Source: Candidatus Latescibacterota bacterium | Lineage (GTDB): Bacteria > Latescibacterota > UBA2968 > UBA8231 | Length of the DNA stretch: 64,000 nucleotides | Assembly (NCBI GenBank): GCA_964291625.2 | Contig: OZ220089.1 | Location: 4,480,001 to 4,544,000 of the forward strand | Direction: 5' to 3' | Part shown: one piece after another, positions 40,599 through 50,245 of the stretch | How positions within the stretch are numbered: position 1 is the first letter of the stretch | How the letters are laid out: every line of letters starts with the position of its first letter | Made by a program: the position numbers and the translations under genes | The notes under the pieces: generated by a model | The model's database searches: none | Told to the model about the DNA's origin: nothing | What the model saw: only the letters and a program-made list of their open reading frames with translations

Positions 40599-41209
40599 GC
40601 GGCATCGCCATCTACATGGAAGGCGGGGGTACGGGCAAGGAGAACCGTGCAGCCCTGCGCCAGGGGATGGACGCCTTTCTACAGTCCCTCAAGGAAGCCG
40701 CCAGGAGCAAGGCTCTGCGTTGGAAGCTGGTCTGCTGCGGACCTCGCGATGAGGCATTCCGAGGATTCAGGAGTGCCGTCAACAACGGGGACAATGCGGT
40801 GAGTGTCCTGCTGGTGGATGCCGAGGGTTCGGTCAACCAGTTGCCCCGGGACCACCTGCAGAGCCGGGACAAATGGGATCTGAGTTTTTCCGAGGCGGAC
40901 TCCGTTCACCTCATGGTGCAGGCGATGGAGGCCTGGATCGTCGCCGACCCGGAGGCTCTCGCAGGATACTACGGGCAAGGCTTCGTGGAGCGGCAACTAC
41001 CCCGATCCGCGAACCTTGAGATCGTACAGAAAGCGGACTTGATGCGTGGGCTGGACAGAGCAACGAGAGGCACGTCCAAAGGGCGTTACCACAAGGGCAG
41101 ACATGCAAGCGATCTTCTGAAACGCGTTGATGCTGGCAAGGCGAGGGAGCGGTGCGCTCACTGCGAGCGGCTGTTTGAGATGCTCGGGGGAATGATCTCC
41201 ACGGTCTAA
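40595..41209 (+). CDS. DUF4276 family (TOPRIM-like) protein
   Basis: 'IYMEGGG','LLVDAEG','HLMVQAMEAWIVAD','YHKGRHA'; GTGA overlap with the ATPase. Confidence 0.82.
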   Translation: MSGIAIYMEGGGTGKENRAALRQGMDAFLQSLKEAARSKALRWKLVCCGPRDEAFRGFRSAVNNGDNAVSVLLVDAEGSVNQLPRDHLQSRDKWDLSFSEADSVHLMVQAMEAWIVADPEALAGYYGQGFVERQLPRSANLEIVQKADLMRGLDRATRGTSKGRYHKGRHASDLLKRVDAGKARERCAHCERLFEMLGGMISTV

Positions 41210-41499
41210 GCCATCCGCCCCGGTAGTCCATCCGGATTCGTCCAGGTCGGAAGGTCCGTCCCCGTGGCTTCCGCATACAGGGTTTCGGGTGCAATGTCGA
41301 TCTCGTCGCCCCACGTCAAGACCCCAAGCTCCTTGTTGACGGTGAAGCTCCGAAAGAACTCGACATCCCGGAATCGCTCGAACACACCCCGCCTCTCCAG
41401 GTACCTTTCGAAGTCAACGACTCCGCGCTGGCCGTCGTCGAACTCCAACTCGATCAGATAGCCACCCCGATATACGGCCGAAACAACGTCGTGCAGCAT
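41206..41499 (-). CDS. DUF2442 domain protein (putative antitoxin)
   Basis: 'Y.IELEFDDG..GVVD','GVF','LTW.DEIDIAPETLY'. Confidence 0.82.
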   Translation of the reverse strand: MLHDVVSAVYRGGYLIELEFDDGQRGVVDFERYLERRGVFERFRDVEFFRSFTVNKELGVLTWGDEIDIAPETLYAEATGTDLPTWTNPDGLPGRMA

Positions 41500-41530
41500 T
41501 CTGCGATCGTTGGCCACGATACGTCAGACC

Positions 41531-42547
41531 TTAGGCACCTTCCCTACTCGATTCCTGAATTGACTCACCCCTGGCGGCTCCCATCGCCAGTTGGAGAGTC
41601 CAACGGACATTCTCCAGCATGAACCGGGCGAGGGGCAGGGTGAGGCCGAGATCCGCGTCTTGCAGCGAACCGAAGTAGCGGTCGCGGTCTTCGCTCTTGA
41701 TCACGATGGGCGGCAGGTCTTTCCGAAGCAGAGCGTAGTTGGCGAGCAGCCGCGCGGTGCGTCCGTTGCCGTCGTCGAAAGGATGGATGCGCAGAAAGCC
41801 CCAATGCGATTCCGCCAGAAGCAGGGGCAGGGGACAGGCCGTTCGCTCCAGGTCGCGACGGAAGTGGCGAGTCCACTCCTCCATCAGCGAGGGCGTTTCC
41901 TCCGGCTCGGCGAATCGATGGAGCTCTCCCGTCGCCGTTCGCACATGGTTCGGCTGTCTCTTGTACTGACCCGGGACGATGCGCTTGCGGGTCGGCTGGC
42001 CGTCCGGCGTCTCCGCGCTCTGCCAGAACGGCTCCTTGAGCAGGATCTGGTTCAGGTCCCGTATATCGCCTTCCCCGATGACTTGCTCCGCGCCTGCGAG
42101 GGAGCGGGTATGATCTATCGCGACATCGTGCGCCTTCATCTCCTCGTAGTCCCGCATGGGGTGGCCGCCAGCCGTGCGGCCATGGATGAGCAGCAGCTCG
42201 GTCTCGTGGTAGGTGAGAGTATTGCCCTCGATGTGGTTGCTGTTGTAGTTCCACTCCAGCCGGAGTTTCCTCCAAAGGCGCTCCTGGTCAGCCTCCTTCA
42301 TGCCTGGGCGTAGTTCGTGCCATTGGGAGATCCCCTCCTCGAGGTCCGCAAGTCGCTGAAAGAGGTGAACGTGCTCGACGGTCAGGTTCGGCAGTTCGAG
42401 ATCCAGCAATCGGGACTCGCCGATCCAGCGGGCGATTCGCTGTCTGGCCCCGGCATCGGCTTCGAGGAGAGAGGACGCGGTGGTGTCGAGCACGTAGAGG
42501 CCAAGCTTCGGATGCTCCACCGTCAGTCGGTCCGCAACCTCACTCAC
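41531..42547 (-). CDS. Fic-domain protein (class II, N-terminal inhibitory helix)
   Basis: 'HPFDDGNGRTAR' Fic motif; 'YNSNHIEGNTL' inhibitory motif. Confidence 0.92.
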   Translation of the reverse strand: MSEVADRLTVEHPKLGLYVLDTTASSLLEADAGARQRIARWIGESRLLDLELPNLTVEHVHLFQRLADLEEGISQWHELRPGMKEADQERLWRKLRLEWNYNSNHIEGNTLTYHETELLLIHGRTAGGHPMRDYEEMKAHDVAIDHTRSLAGAEQVIGEGDIRDLNQILLKEPFWQSAETPDGQPTRKRIVPGQYKRQPNHVRTATGELHRFAEPEETPSLMEEWTRHFRRDLERTACPLPLLLAESHWGFLRIHPFDDGNGRTARLLANYALLRKDLPPIVIKSEDRDRYFGSLQDADLGLTLPLARFMLENVRWTLQLAMGAARGESIQESSREGA

Positions 42548-42623
42548 CCGGGCCGGCTCTCCGGTGACAGGGCACTCTCGCTACACAGGCACAGCTCCTT
42601 CAGGCGGCATCAACCGACGGAAT

Positions 42624-42845
42624 CTACGGCGACCGAGCGGGCGGGTCCCGAGGCTCGACGCCGTCTTCTTCACAGGACTTGAGATACTCGTGGATGGAGT
42701 GGTGGAACTCTCGCCGGATTCCCTCGACGTCCGTTGCTTCAAAAGTAGCGATCGGATAGGCGCCGCTGTTGACGACCCGTCCGTGGAGCCGCCCCACGGA
42801 GTCGTCGAACTCGACCTGGGCGGTGTATCCCTTGTATTCCATCAT
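42624..42845 (-). CDS. hicB: HicB-family antitoxin (short, no HicA partner)
   Basis: MMEYKGYTAQVEFDD..LHGRV....ATFEA..VEG.RREF..SI.EYL..C..DG.EP; ATG overlaps the upstream TGA. Confidence 0.8.
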   Translation of the reverse strand: MMEYKGYTAQVEFDDSVGRLHGRVVNSGAYPIATFEATDVEGIRREFHHSIHEYLKSCEEDGVEPRDPPARSP

Positions 42846-43861
42846 GGCTTGACTCCCCAGTCGAAGACCACCCCCAGGTACTCCTCCCGCCGGTGGGCGA
42901 GTCCGTCGTACATCCGCTGACACTCGGCCGGCGGGACCAGGTGCGTGAGCAGGGGCTCCACCCGCAGCCGGCCGCCGGCGATCCAGTCGGCCAGCTGGCG
43001 GTAGTTGCTGTCGAGGTCGCGGGTGCGCTCGGTGGGGTGCTGCGGCCAGCGCCACTCGAGGGCGCCGATCATGCGGATCGCCTCCAGGTGGATGCGCAGG
43101 AGCATGGGGGTGGCGTCGAAGGTGGCCGGGGCCCGTGGGCTGCCGAGGAGGATCACCTCGCCGTGGCGGGCGGTGCAGTCCACCGCCTGGGCGATGACCT
43201 CGCTCACCCCGATGGCCTCCACGGTGATGCGGGCGCCCTCGCCGCTGGTCCACTCCCTCACCACTTCCACCAGGTTCTCGCCCGGCGGGTGGATGACGCG
43301 CTCGATGCCGCACTGGCGGGCGCGCTGCAGGCGCAGGCCGGATAGATCGGCCACGGCCACGTCGGCGCCGGCCATCCGGAAGAGCTGGGCGGCGAGGTTG
43401 CCCACCAGGCCCATGCCGATGACGAGGACCGCGTCCCCCGGCTGCACCGAGGAGGAGCGCAGGGCCGAGATCGACACCCCGGCCATGCGCGCGAAGACGA
43501 GGTGCTCCCCCGGCGGTCCGGAGGGCACGGGCAGGGCGAAGCGTCCGGCGTCGGCTTTCGCATGGGAGGCGTGGCGGGCGAAGGTGAGGACCCGGTCGCC
43601 GACGGTGCAGCCGAGGTCGGGGGAGCCGGCGGCGAGGACGCGGCCGAGGTTGCCGTAGCCGGTGCCGCGGGGGTAGCGGCCGGCGTCGCCGAAGGGCATC
43701 TGTCTCACCAGGCCGGTGAACCCGGCGCCCTCGGTGCCGGCGGAGACGATGGAGTGCTCCGTCTCCACCAGGATCTCGTGGGGGGCCAGTCCCTCGTCGA
43801 GATCGGCCTCCTGCAGCTCGATCCGCCCCGGCTCGACGACGACCAGCTCCCGCGTCTTCAC
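42842..43861 (-). CDS. Zinc-binding/MDR alcohol dehydrogenase family
   Basis: 'SIVSAGTE','GY..LGRV','VIGMGLVG','VEAIG'; GTG start overlaps the upstream stop. Confidence 0.85.
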   Translation of the reverse strand: MKTRELVVVEPGRIELQEADLDEGLAPHEILVETEHSIVSAGTEGAGFTGLVRQMPFGDAGRYPRGTGYGNLGRVLAAGSPDLGCTVGDRVLTFARHASHAKADAGRFALPVPSGPPGEHLVFARMAGVSISALRSSSVQPGDAVLVIGMGLVGNLAAQLFRMAGADVAVADLSGLRLQRARQCGIERVIHPPGENLVEVVREWTSGEGARITVEAIGVSEVIAQAVDCTARHGEVILLGSPRAPATFDATPMLLRIHLEAIRMIGALEWRWPQHPTERTRDLDSNYRQLADWIAGGRLRVEPLLTHLVPPAECQRMYDGLAHRREEYLGVVFDWGVKP

Positions 43862-44190
43862 CGGTGCATGCCCTCCACGTCGAAGAGGCCGAAGACGAAG
43901 GCTTCCTCGAGGGGCTCGAAGAACAGCTCCCCGTCGTCGCCGTCGTCGAGGTACTCCCGCATGTACTTCGTCCACTCCTCCAGGACCGGGTACTCCCGGC
44001 TGGCCTCCCAGTCGGCCTCGGTAGGGGCGCAGGCGAAGAGGAAGAGCAGGTCGCCGTGGCGGTAGATGCCCATGCTGACGCCGTGGTCGGCCATGGAGCG
44101 GTTGATCTCGGGCCAGAGTTCGTCGTGGGCCTTCTTGTAGCCGGCGTAGCCGCCGGGGCGCAGGCGCATGACGAGGGCGGTGGAGTACAT
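43858..44190 (-). CDS. rhaM: L-rhamnose mutarotase family
   Basis: 'MRLRPG...YKKAHDELWPE....G.S.GIY..LF.F..W..YM..LEEAF'. Confidence 0.8.
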   Translation of the reverse strand: MYSTALVMRLRPGGYAGYKKAHDELWPEINRSMADHGVSMGIYRHGDLLFLFACAPTEADWEASREYPVLEEWTKYMREYLDDGDDGELFFEPLEEAFVFGLFDVEGMHR

Positions 44191-44269
44191 GTCCGGTCTC
44201 CTGATCGGGTGGGGGCGAAGGGCTATACTTGCACTCGGCGGTTCAAATCGTAGTCACAGGAGAGAGTCG

Positions 44270-44959
44270 ATGCGACCGGGCAACGTCCATTTCGGGGAGC
44301 TGACGCGGAAGGAGTTCAACGACGCCGTGGCCGACGGCACGATCGAGGCCGGCATCGTGCCCACGGGCGCCACCGAGCAGCACCAGGACCACCTGGCCAT
44401 GATCCACGACACGGCGTCGGTCACCGAGATCGTCCGCCGCGCGGCCCTGCGGTTCTGGCCGCGGGTGATCGTGGCCCCCACCATCCCCATGACCGTCTCC
44501 GAGCACCACATGGCCCGGGGCGGGGCCCTCACGGTACGGGCCGATGTCCACATGGAGACCGTCCACGACGTCTGCGACAGCCTCATGCGCCTCGGCGTAG
44601 GCAAGGTGATGGTGGTCAACGGCCACGGCGGCAACAAGAGGAAGAACATGGAGACCAAGGCCCCCGAAGGCCTGGCCCGGCTCGACGCCATGGGCGTGCG
44701 CTACGTGACCTACTGGGAGACGGTGAGCCAGGAGTGGTACGAGGCCAACCTCGAGCTGGAGCGCTCGGCGGGCCACGCCGGCGAGTTCGAGACCTCCTTC
44801 GCCCTGGCGCGATTCCCGCAGCGGGTCCGTGTCGGCGGCGTGAACTACGAGAACGCGAAGAAGGCCAGCCTCGACAAGGGCAAGGCGATCATGAAGGCCG
44901 TGGTGGACGGCGTGGCCGGGGAGGTGCAGGCCATGCTCGACGGAGAGAAAGGCGTCTAG
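44270..44959 (+). CDS. Creatininase family amidohydrolase
   Basis: 'VPTGATEQH.DHL..HD','SEHHM','VNGHGGN','GHAGEFETS'. Confidence 0.9.
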   Translation: MRPGNVHFGELTRKEFNDAVADGTIEAGIVPTGATEQHQDHLAMIHDTASVTEIVRRAALRFWPRVIVAPTIPMTVSEHHMARGGALTVRADVHMETVHDVCDSLMRLGVGKVMVVNGHGGNKRKNMETKAPEGLARLDAMGVRYVTYWETVSQEWYEANLELERSAGHAGEFETSFALARFPQRVRVGGVNYENAKKASLDKGKAIMKAVVDGVAGEVQAMLDGEKGV

Positions 44960-45056
44960 TCCAGGAGATGCATCTCAACCCTCACCTGGCGGAAAGGGCA
45001 GGCAACCCAGTCAAGCTCCATGACGGTTCCAGGCAGCCCGCAGCAAGCAACCCTCA

Positions 45057-48000
45057 CTACCGCAGCAGGGTGAGCTTCCGCGTCTGCATGGCTTGGGGCG
45101 TCACCAACCGGTACACGTAGACCCCGCTGGCCAGCGGCCGGCCCTGATCGTCTCGCGCGTCCCAGCGGAGGCGGTGGAGGCCCGCCTTCTTCGGCCCCTG
45201 GTGCAGCACCGCCACCCGCTGGCCGGTCAGGGCGAACACCTCCAGGCGCGCCAGCCCCGGCTGCAGCTGGAACCAGGAGATGAGGGTGCCGCTGTTGAAG
45301 GGGTTGGGCGCGTTCTGCCGCAGTTGCGGGCCGTCCGGCAGGCCGATCATCTCCCGCGCCATGGCCACCAGCCTGGCCCGCGCCGGCTGGCCGAAGCTCT
45401 CGGCGAAGAGGAAGAAGTCGGTGAAGTCCACCGTGCCACTGCCGTCCAGGTCGAAGCGGGGGTCGTCGCCGCCGAAGGCCTCGGCGAAGAGGAAGAAGTC
45501 CGAGAAACCGGTCACGCCGTCGCCATCGAAGTCGGAGGTGGCCTTGGCCGTGGCGGTGAAGGTCACCGGCGTCAGCCCGGCCACGGTGGCCTCCACCCTG
45601 TAGGTCCCCAGCTCCTCCCCCAGGGTCAGGGTGGTGCTTGCAAGGCCCTCGGCGTCGGTGGTGTCAGCCGCGGCCGAGAGGGTCCCGCCATCGCCGAGGA
45701 CGGCAAAGGTGATCACGGCCCCGGGAAGGGCCGCCCCGTTCTGGTCCCGCACCGAAACCACCAAGGGCTCGGTGAGTTGCGCGCCAGCCGCGGCCTGCTG
45801 CTCGTCCCCGGTATGCTTGGCGAGCGACCGGGGGACCGCAAGCCCGGCAGCACCAAAAGTCACCGGCTCCACGCCGGCCACGGTGGCCCGGACAGTGTTC
45901 GTCCCCGGGGTGCGGCCCAGGGTCAAGGTGGTCGAGGCGCGGCCGTCGGAGCCCGTAGTGGCGGTCGTTACGGACAGCCTCCCGCCGCCGGCGGTGGCGG
46001 CGAAGGTGACCGTGGCCCCCGCGAGGGGGTTGCCGTTCTGGTCCCGGACCTCCACGACGAGGGGCTCGCCCAAGGAGGCCCCGGCGGCGCCTTCCTGCTC
46101 ATCGCCAGAAAGCTTGTTCAGCGTCTGCGCAATGGCCACTCCGACGGCGGTGAAGGTCACGGGCTCCAGTCCAGCAACGGATGCCTCTGCGGTGTTGGTC
46201 CCCGGCTGCGGGCCCAGGGTCAAAGTCGTTGCGGCGCGGCCGTCGGCATCGGTGGTGGCCGTCGTAGCCGAGAGGGTCCCGCCGCCGGCGGTGACGGCGA
46301 AGGTGACCGTGGCTCCGGGCAAAGGGTCTCCGTGATCGCGCACCAGGACCTCGAAGGGCCGAGCCAGGGCGGTGCCGGCCGCTCCCTGCTGGTTGCGCCC
46401 CGGGACCCTGCTCAGCGTCCGAGGATGGGGCTCCAGATTCCACAGCAACATGGTGCCGTCCGAGGCCCCGGAGGCCAGGGTGGCGCCGTCGCCTGTGAAT
46501 GCCAAAGAGTGGACCGAACCCGTGTGGCCTTGCAGGTGGGCAGTTCTTCTGTTCGTCGTCAGGTCCCAGAGCGTGACCGTTCCCCATGACCCTGAGGCGA
46601 GGCTCTTGCCGTCGGGCGAAAAGGCAAGGGAAAGGACGTTCCCACGCCCCAGCGGCCGAGTGCCGATAGAGGTTTGTGTCGCTACGTCCCACAGCCGGAC
46701 CCCGTCTGAACCCGAGGCGAGGGTTTTCCCGTCCGGGGAAAAGACCGTGTTGACCTCGTACTCATGCCCTTCCAGGGTGCCGATCAACTCTCGATTCCCC
46801 ACGTCCCACAGCTTCACCGTCTTGTCCTCCCAGCCGCCGCCGGAGGCCAGGAGGGCGCCGTCGGGTGGAGAGAACGCCAACGATTCGACCGAGTTCGCAT
46901 GTCCCTCGAGGATGCCGGCCGGCTCGCGAGTCGCCACGTCCCACAGTCTGACCGTGGCATCATTCCATCCCCCGGCCGAAGCGACGGTGGCGCCGTCCGG
47001 CGAGAACGACACCGCAGTGACTCCACCCCTGTGCCCTTCCAGGGTCCCCAGAAGTCCTCGGGTCCCCACGTGCCACAGCTTGACCGTGCGATCCCACGAC
47101 CCGGAAGCCAGCAGCGCCCCGTCGGAGGAGAACGACACGGAACCGACCCCGGAAGTGTGCCCCTCGAGGGTGGCGATCGGTGTCCGGGTTGCCGCGTCCC
47201 ACAGCCGGAGGGTGCCGTCCTGGTACCCCGCAGCCAGAAGGACGCCGTCCCGCGAGAGCGCCATCGAGGACAAGGACGCATGGCCGGAAAGACCGGCGGC
47301 ATTGCCCGTCTCCACCTCCCGCAGGAGCACCGTGCCGTCGGCCGCGGCGGAGACGAGGGTGGCCTCGTCTGGAGAGAAGGCCACCGAACGGATCTCGTCC
47401 CCATGCTCCTCCAGGTTGGCCACCGCCTCGTGGGCCGCCACGTCCCACAGCCGGACCGTGCCGTCCGACGAGCCGGAAGCGAGGGTGGCCCCGTCGGGGG
47501 CAGAAAACGACACGGAACGGACCTCGCCGGTATGTCCTCTCAACGTGGCGGTCTCCGTTTGTGTGGCCGCGTCCCAAAGCCGAACCGTTCGATCGTTCCA
47601 CCCCGCCCCCGAAGCCAACAGCCTTCCATCCGGCGAGAACGCCACCGACGTGACCCGGTCGGTGTGCCCTTCCAGCGTGCCTACCTCCGCCTGGGCCGCC
47701 ACGTCCCACAGCCGGACCGTGCCGTCCTGGAACCCCGAGACCAGCCTCGACCCGTCCGGCGAGAAGGCCACGGAGATGTCCCAGTACCTGTCGGTTCCCC
47801 GCGGCACCTCCCAAGTGCCGGCCAGTCGCCTGGTCTCCACGTCCCACACCTTGATGACCTGCTCCCGTGACCCGGAAGCCAGTCTCGTCCCGTCCGGAGA
47901 GAACATCGCCGTGATCCCGCCCCAATTCCCGTGCCTCAGCGTGCCGGTCCGCTCCCCGGTCTCCACCTCCCACAGCTCGACCCGTCCGTTGTCCAGACCC

Positions 48001-50054
48001 GCGGCCAGGGTGCCGTCGAGGGAGAACGCCACCGAATGGACCGCACTCTCCGTCGGCAGCAGCGCCTGCGCCCGGGACGTGGCCGCCTCGTACAGCCACA
48101 CGCCGATGGCGCTGGCCACGGCCAGACATCGCCCGTCGCCCGACAGAGCCACCGCCCGGTCGCCACTCCCCAGGGCGCCCTTGTCCAGCCGCGCGGTTGC
48201 CGCCGGGGGCAGATGCCAGGTGCGGTAGTCCCCCTCCAGCTCCGCCACGGCGGTGCCCACGCCCTCCGCTGTGAACCTCGCCAGCTCGTGTCCGCCGAGG
48301 GACACGCCCACGACGTTCGGCCCGGGTTGAGGACCCAGGACAAGGGGCAGCTCCGCCCGGCCGTCGGCATCCGTGGTGGCGTGCTCCAAAGTGAAGCGGC
48401 CGCTGAGCTGGCCATCGCCCGCGGTGACCGTGAAGACCACGGTGGCCTCGGGCAGGGGATGGCCGAACTGATCGCGCACTTCCACCACCAGGGGCTGGGT
48501 CAACTCCGCCCCTGGCTCCCCCTGCTGGCCATCGCCGGAGATGATCTCCAGCTCGGAAGGGGAACCGGGCGGCAGCCAAACGGGCAGGTCGGCTATGGAC
48601 GCCCGTGCGGCCTGCGACGTCGGAACGCCCCAGGCCTCGAAGAACGGGCCAAGGTTGCGTCCCACCTGCCGCGAGAACCGCACCAGCCATTGGTCGCGCT
48701 TCTCGTCGTCGCTCTTCGGTCGCTCAGCGTCCGGCAGGGCGCGGTACGTGGCGAACACCTGCCGGTAGGCGTCCCAGCCGAACGCCTCTTGTAGCTGCAC
48801 GTACATGTGAAGAGCCAAGCCATGCTCGCGCTTCCACAACTCGAAGTCCGGGTTATTGAAGTCGTACCGCTCTATCTTCGCCCGGGTGTGGTCCCCGGCC
48901 CATTTGTGATAGGCACTGGCCACCGGGACCCCGCACAGAAACTCGTAAGCGTAGAGCGTGAACAGGTTGACGGTGACCTCGACGGTCCCGTCGAACGTCC
49001 AGTCCCAGCTCTGGTGGTTGTGTCCCACCTCGTGGAAGATGCCCCAGTTGCCCTCCGTACGCAGGTGCTTCACGTCCACGACGTTGGCCTGTTGGTCCAG
49101 GTGCGCCGTGATGGGGTAACCGGAGAGCATGTAGCCGCGACTGATCTGCCGGTCCACGACGAATCGCTCCCGCCTCAAGCGCGAGGACGAGGGCCAGGCA
49201 GCCAGTTCCGCGTTCAGGTCCAGCACCCGGTCCCAGGTCTCCGCCACGGCGGCCGGGTCGTCGAGATCGCGCACCTCGTGCGCGTCCGTCGTGACGATCA
49301 TGTTCCGGCCGGCGATCTCGGCCCAAGGCGCGGGCGCATGGCGGATCTCGTTGCGCCAAGTGGCTGGGTCCGTCTCGCCCAACACGAAGAGGGGCGCCGC
49401 CACGGCACCTTCGATTGTGACGGCGATCTTCCCGAGGTCGGCTTTGGGCGGGACCTCGACATAGATCAGGCCGCCGAACGCGTTTGCGACCAGGGTCGTG
49501 GCCGCGGTGACAGGGAAGCGGCGGCTGATCACCGGCATGCGCGTCCATTCTTCGCGGACCGAGATGTCCTGGCTGTGGGCGCCCACACGCACGAAGAAGC
49601 CGCCCGCCTCGGCGACCGCGGCCGGCATGGTCACGGTGACCAACTCGCCCGGGGCGGCATAGAGGCCGGTGGAGTGCCAGCGATGGCTGTATGGCTGGGA
49701 AAGAGGGCTCGTAGCGTGGCCGACAGGTTGGGTGGCGTCGATCGTGAGGGTGCGTGTGAGACGCGGAGCATCGGCCGGGACCGATCCGGGGAAGTCGGCG
49801 GCCGCGGGATGTGCGCGCACGGACTCGGGAGGTGTGCGCAGATGCTCACGTACGAAATCCGCTGCGGCCTTGCGGGCGGCCACATCGGATTTGCCCACGG
49901 GGTGCTCAGCCGAGGGCCAGCCGCCCCCTTCGTCGCCACCGGCTATCGTCGCCGGCGTGGTGCCGGAGGCCCACAGGGGCACCGCGAGCCATGTGATGCG
50001 CAAGTGGCGCGCACTCAGGCCCCTCGAGGGACCAGGCTGCCGGAGTGACTTCAA
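45057..50054 (-). CDS. M60-like (enhancin/TCAF) metallopeptidase fused to Ig-like (Big) domains, a WD40 array, dockerin/EF-hand and FlgD-Ig C-terminal domain
   Basis: 'STGLYAAPG','APWAE','WGIFHEVGHN','EVTVN'; about 14 WD40 repeats; 'DFDGDG.TGFSDFFLF'; 'QN.PNPFN..WDARD..G..LASGVY.YRL'. Confidence 0.88.
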   Translation of the reverse strand: MKSLRQPGPSRGLSARHLRITWLAVPLWASGTTPATIAGGDEGGGWPSAEHPVGKSDVAARKAAADFVREHLRTPPESVRAHPAAADFPGSVPADAPRLTRTLTIDATQPVGHATSPLSQPYSHRWHSTGLYAAPGELVTVTMPAAVAEAGGFFVRVGAHSQDISVREEWTRMPVISRRFPVTAATTLVANAFGGLIYVEVPPKADLGKIAVTIEGAVAAPLFVLGETDPATWRNEIRHAPAPWAEIAGRNMIVTTDAHEVRDLDDPAAVAETWDRVLDLNAELAAWPSSSRLRRERFVVDRQISRGYMLSGYPITAHLDQQANVVDVKHLRTEGNWGIFHEVGHNHQSWDWTFDGTVEVTVNLFTLYAYEFLCGVPVASAYHKWAGDHTRAKIERYDFNNPDFELWKREHGLALHMYVQLQEAFGWDAYRQVFATYRALPDAERPKSDDEKRDQWLVRFSRQVGRNLGPFFEAWGVPTSQAARASIADLPVWLPPGSPSELEIISGDGQQGEPGAELTQPLVVEVRDQFGHPLPEATVVFTVTAGDGQLSGRFTLEHATTDADGRAELPLVLGPQPGPNVVGVSLGGHELARFTAEGVGTAVAELEGDYRTWHLPPAATARLDKGALGSGDRAVALSGDGRCLAVASAIGVWLYEAATSRAQALLPTESAVHSVAFSLDGTLAAGLDNGRVELWEVETGERTGTLRHGNWGGITAMFSPDGTRLASGSREQVIKVWDVETRRLAGTWEVPRGTDRYWDISVAFSPDGSRLVSGFQDGTVRLWDVAAQAEVGTLEGHTDRVTSVAFSPDGRLLASGAGWNDRTVRLWDAATQTETATLRGHTGEVRSVSFSAPDGATLASGSSDGTVRLWDVAAHEAVANLEEHGDEIRSVAFSPDEATLVSAAADGTVLLREVETGNAAGLSGHASLSSMALSRDGVLLAAGYQDGTLRLWDAATRTPIATLEGHTSGVGSVSFSSDGALLASGSWDRTVKLWHVGTRGLLGTLEGHRGGVTAVSFSPDGATVASAGGWNDATVRLWDVATREPAGILEGHANSVESLAFSPPDGALLASGGGWEDKTVKLWDVGNRELIGTLEGHEYEVNTVFSPDGKTLASGSDGVRLWDVATQTSIGTRPLGRGNVLSLAFSPDGKSLASGSWGTVTLWDLTTNRRTAHLQGHTGSVHSLAFTGDGATLASGASDGTMLLWNLEPHPRTLSRVPGRNQQGAAGTALARPFEVLVRDHGDPLPGATVTFAVTAGGGTLSATTATTDADGRAATTLTLGPQPGTNTAEASVAGLEPVTFTAVGVAIAQTLNKLSGDEQEGAAGASLGEPLVVEVRDQNGNPLAGATVTFAATAGGGRLSVTTATTGSDGRASTTLTLGRTPGTNTVRATVAGVEPVTFGAAGLAVPRSLAKHTGDEQQAAAGAQLTEPLVVSVRDQNGAALPGAVITFAVLGDGGTLSAAADTTDAEGLASTTLTLGEELGTYRVEATVAGLTPVTFTATAKATSDFDGDGVTGFSDFFLFAEAFGGDDPRFDLDGSGTVDFTDFFLFAESFGQPARARLVAMAREMIGLPDGPQLRQNAPNPFNSGTLISWFQLQPGLARLEVFALTGQRVAVLHQGPKKAGLHRLRWDARDDQGRPLASGVYVYRLVTPQAMQTRKLTLLR

Positions 50055-50245
50055 CTATCCCCCTTGAGGATGAGCATCCAACCCAGACGGGCCTCACCCA
50101 CTGGATCGACTGTACACCCAAGGAGGACAGTAGCTGTCCTATGCTCCCTGAGGAGCCACTTTTTCCGGGGCCTCCAGCAGCGGGCCCCGGCGACGGGCGT
50201 CGGCGCCGGCCAGCAGCGGCCCAGGGATCTGCAGGGGGGGACGGA

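Noticed and set aside
39361-42845. Integrative element or prophage
   Set aside because: No integrase, transposase, tRNA target or terminal repeats seen.
46440-48060. DNA-level repeat array or diversity-generating element
   Set aside because: The periodicity is fully explained by WD40 protein repeats; no reverse transcriptase or TR/VR pair seen.
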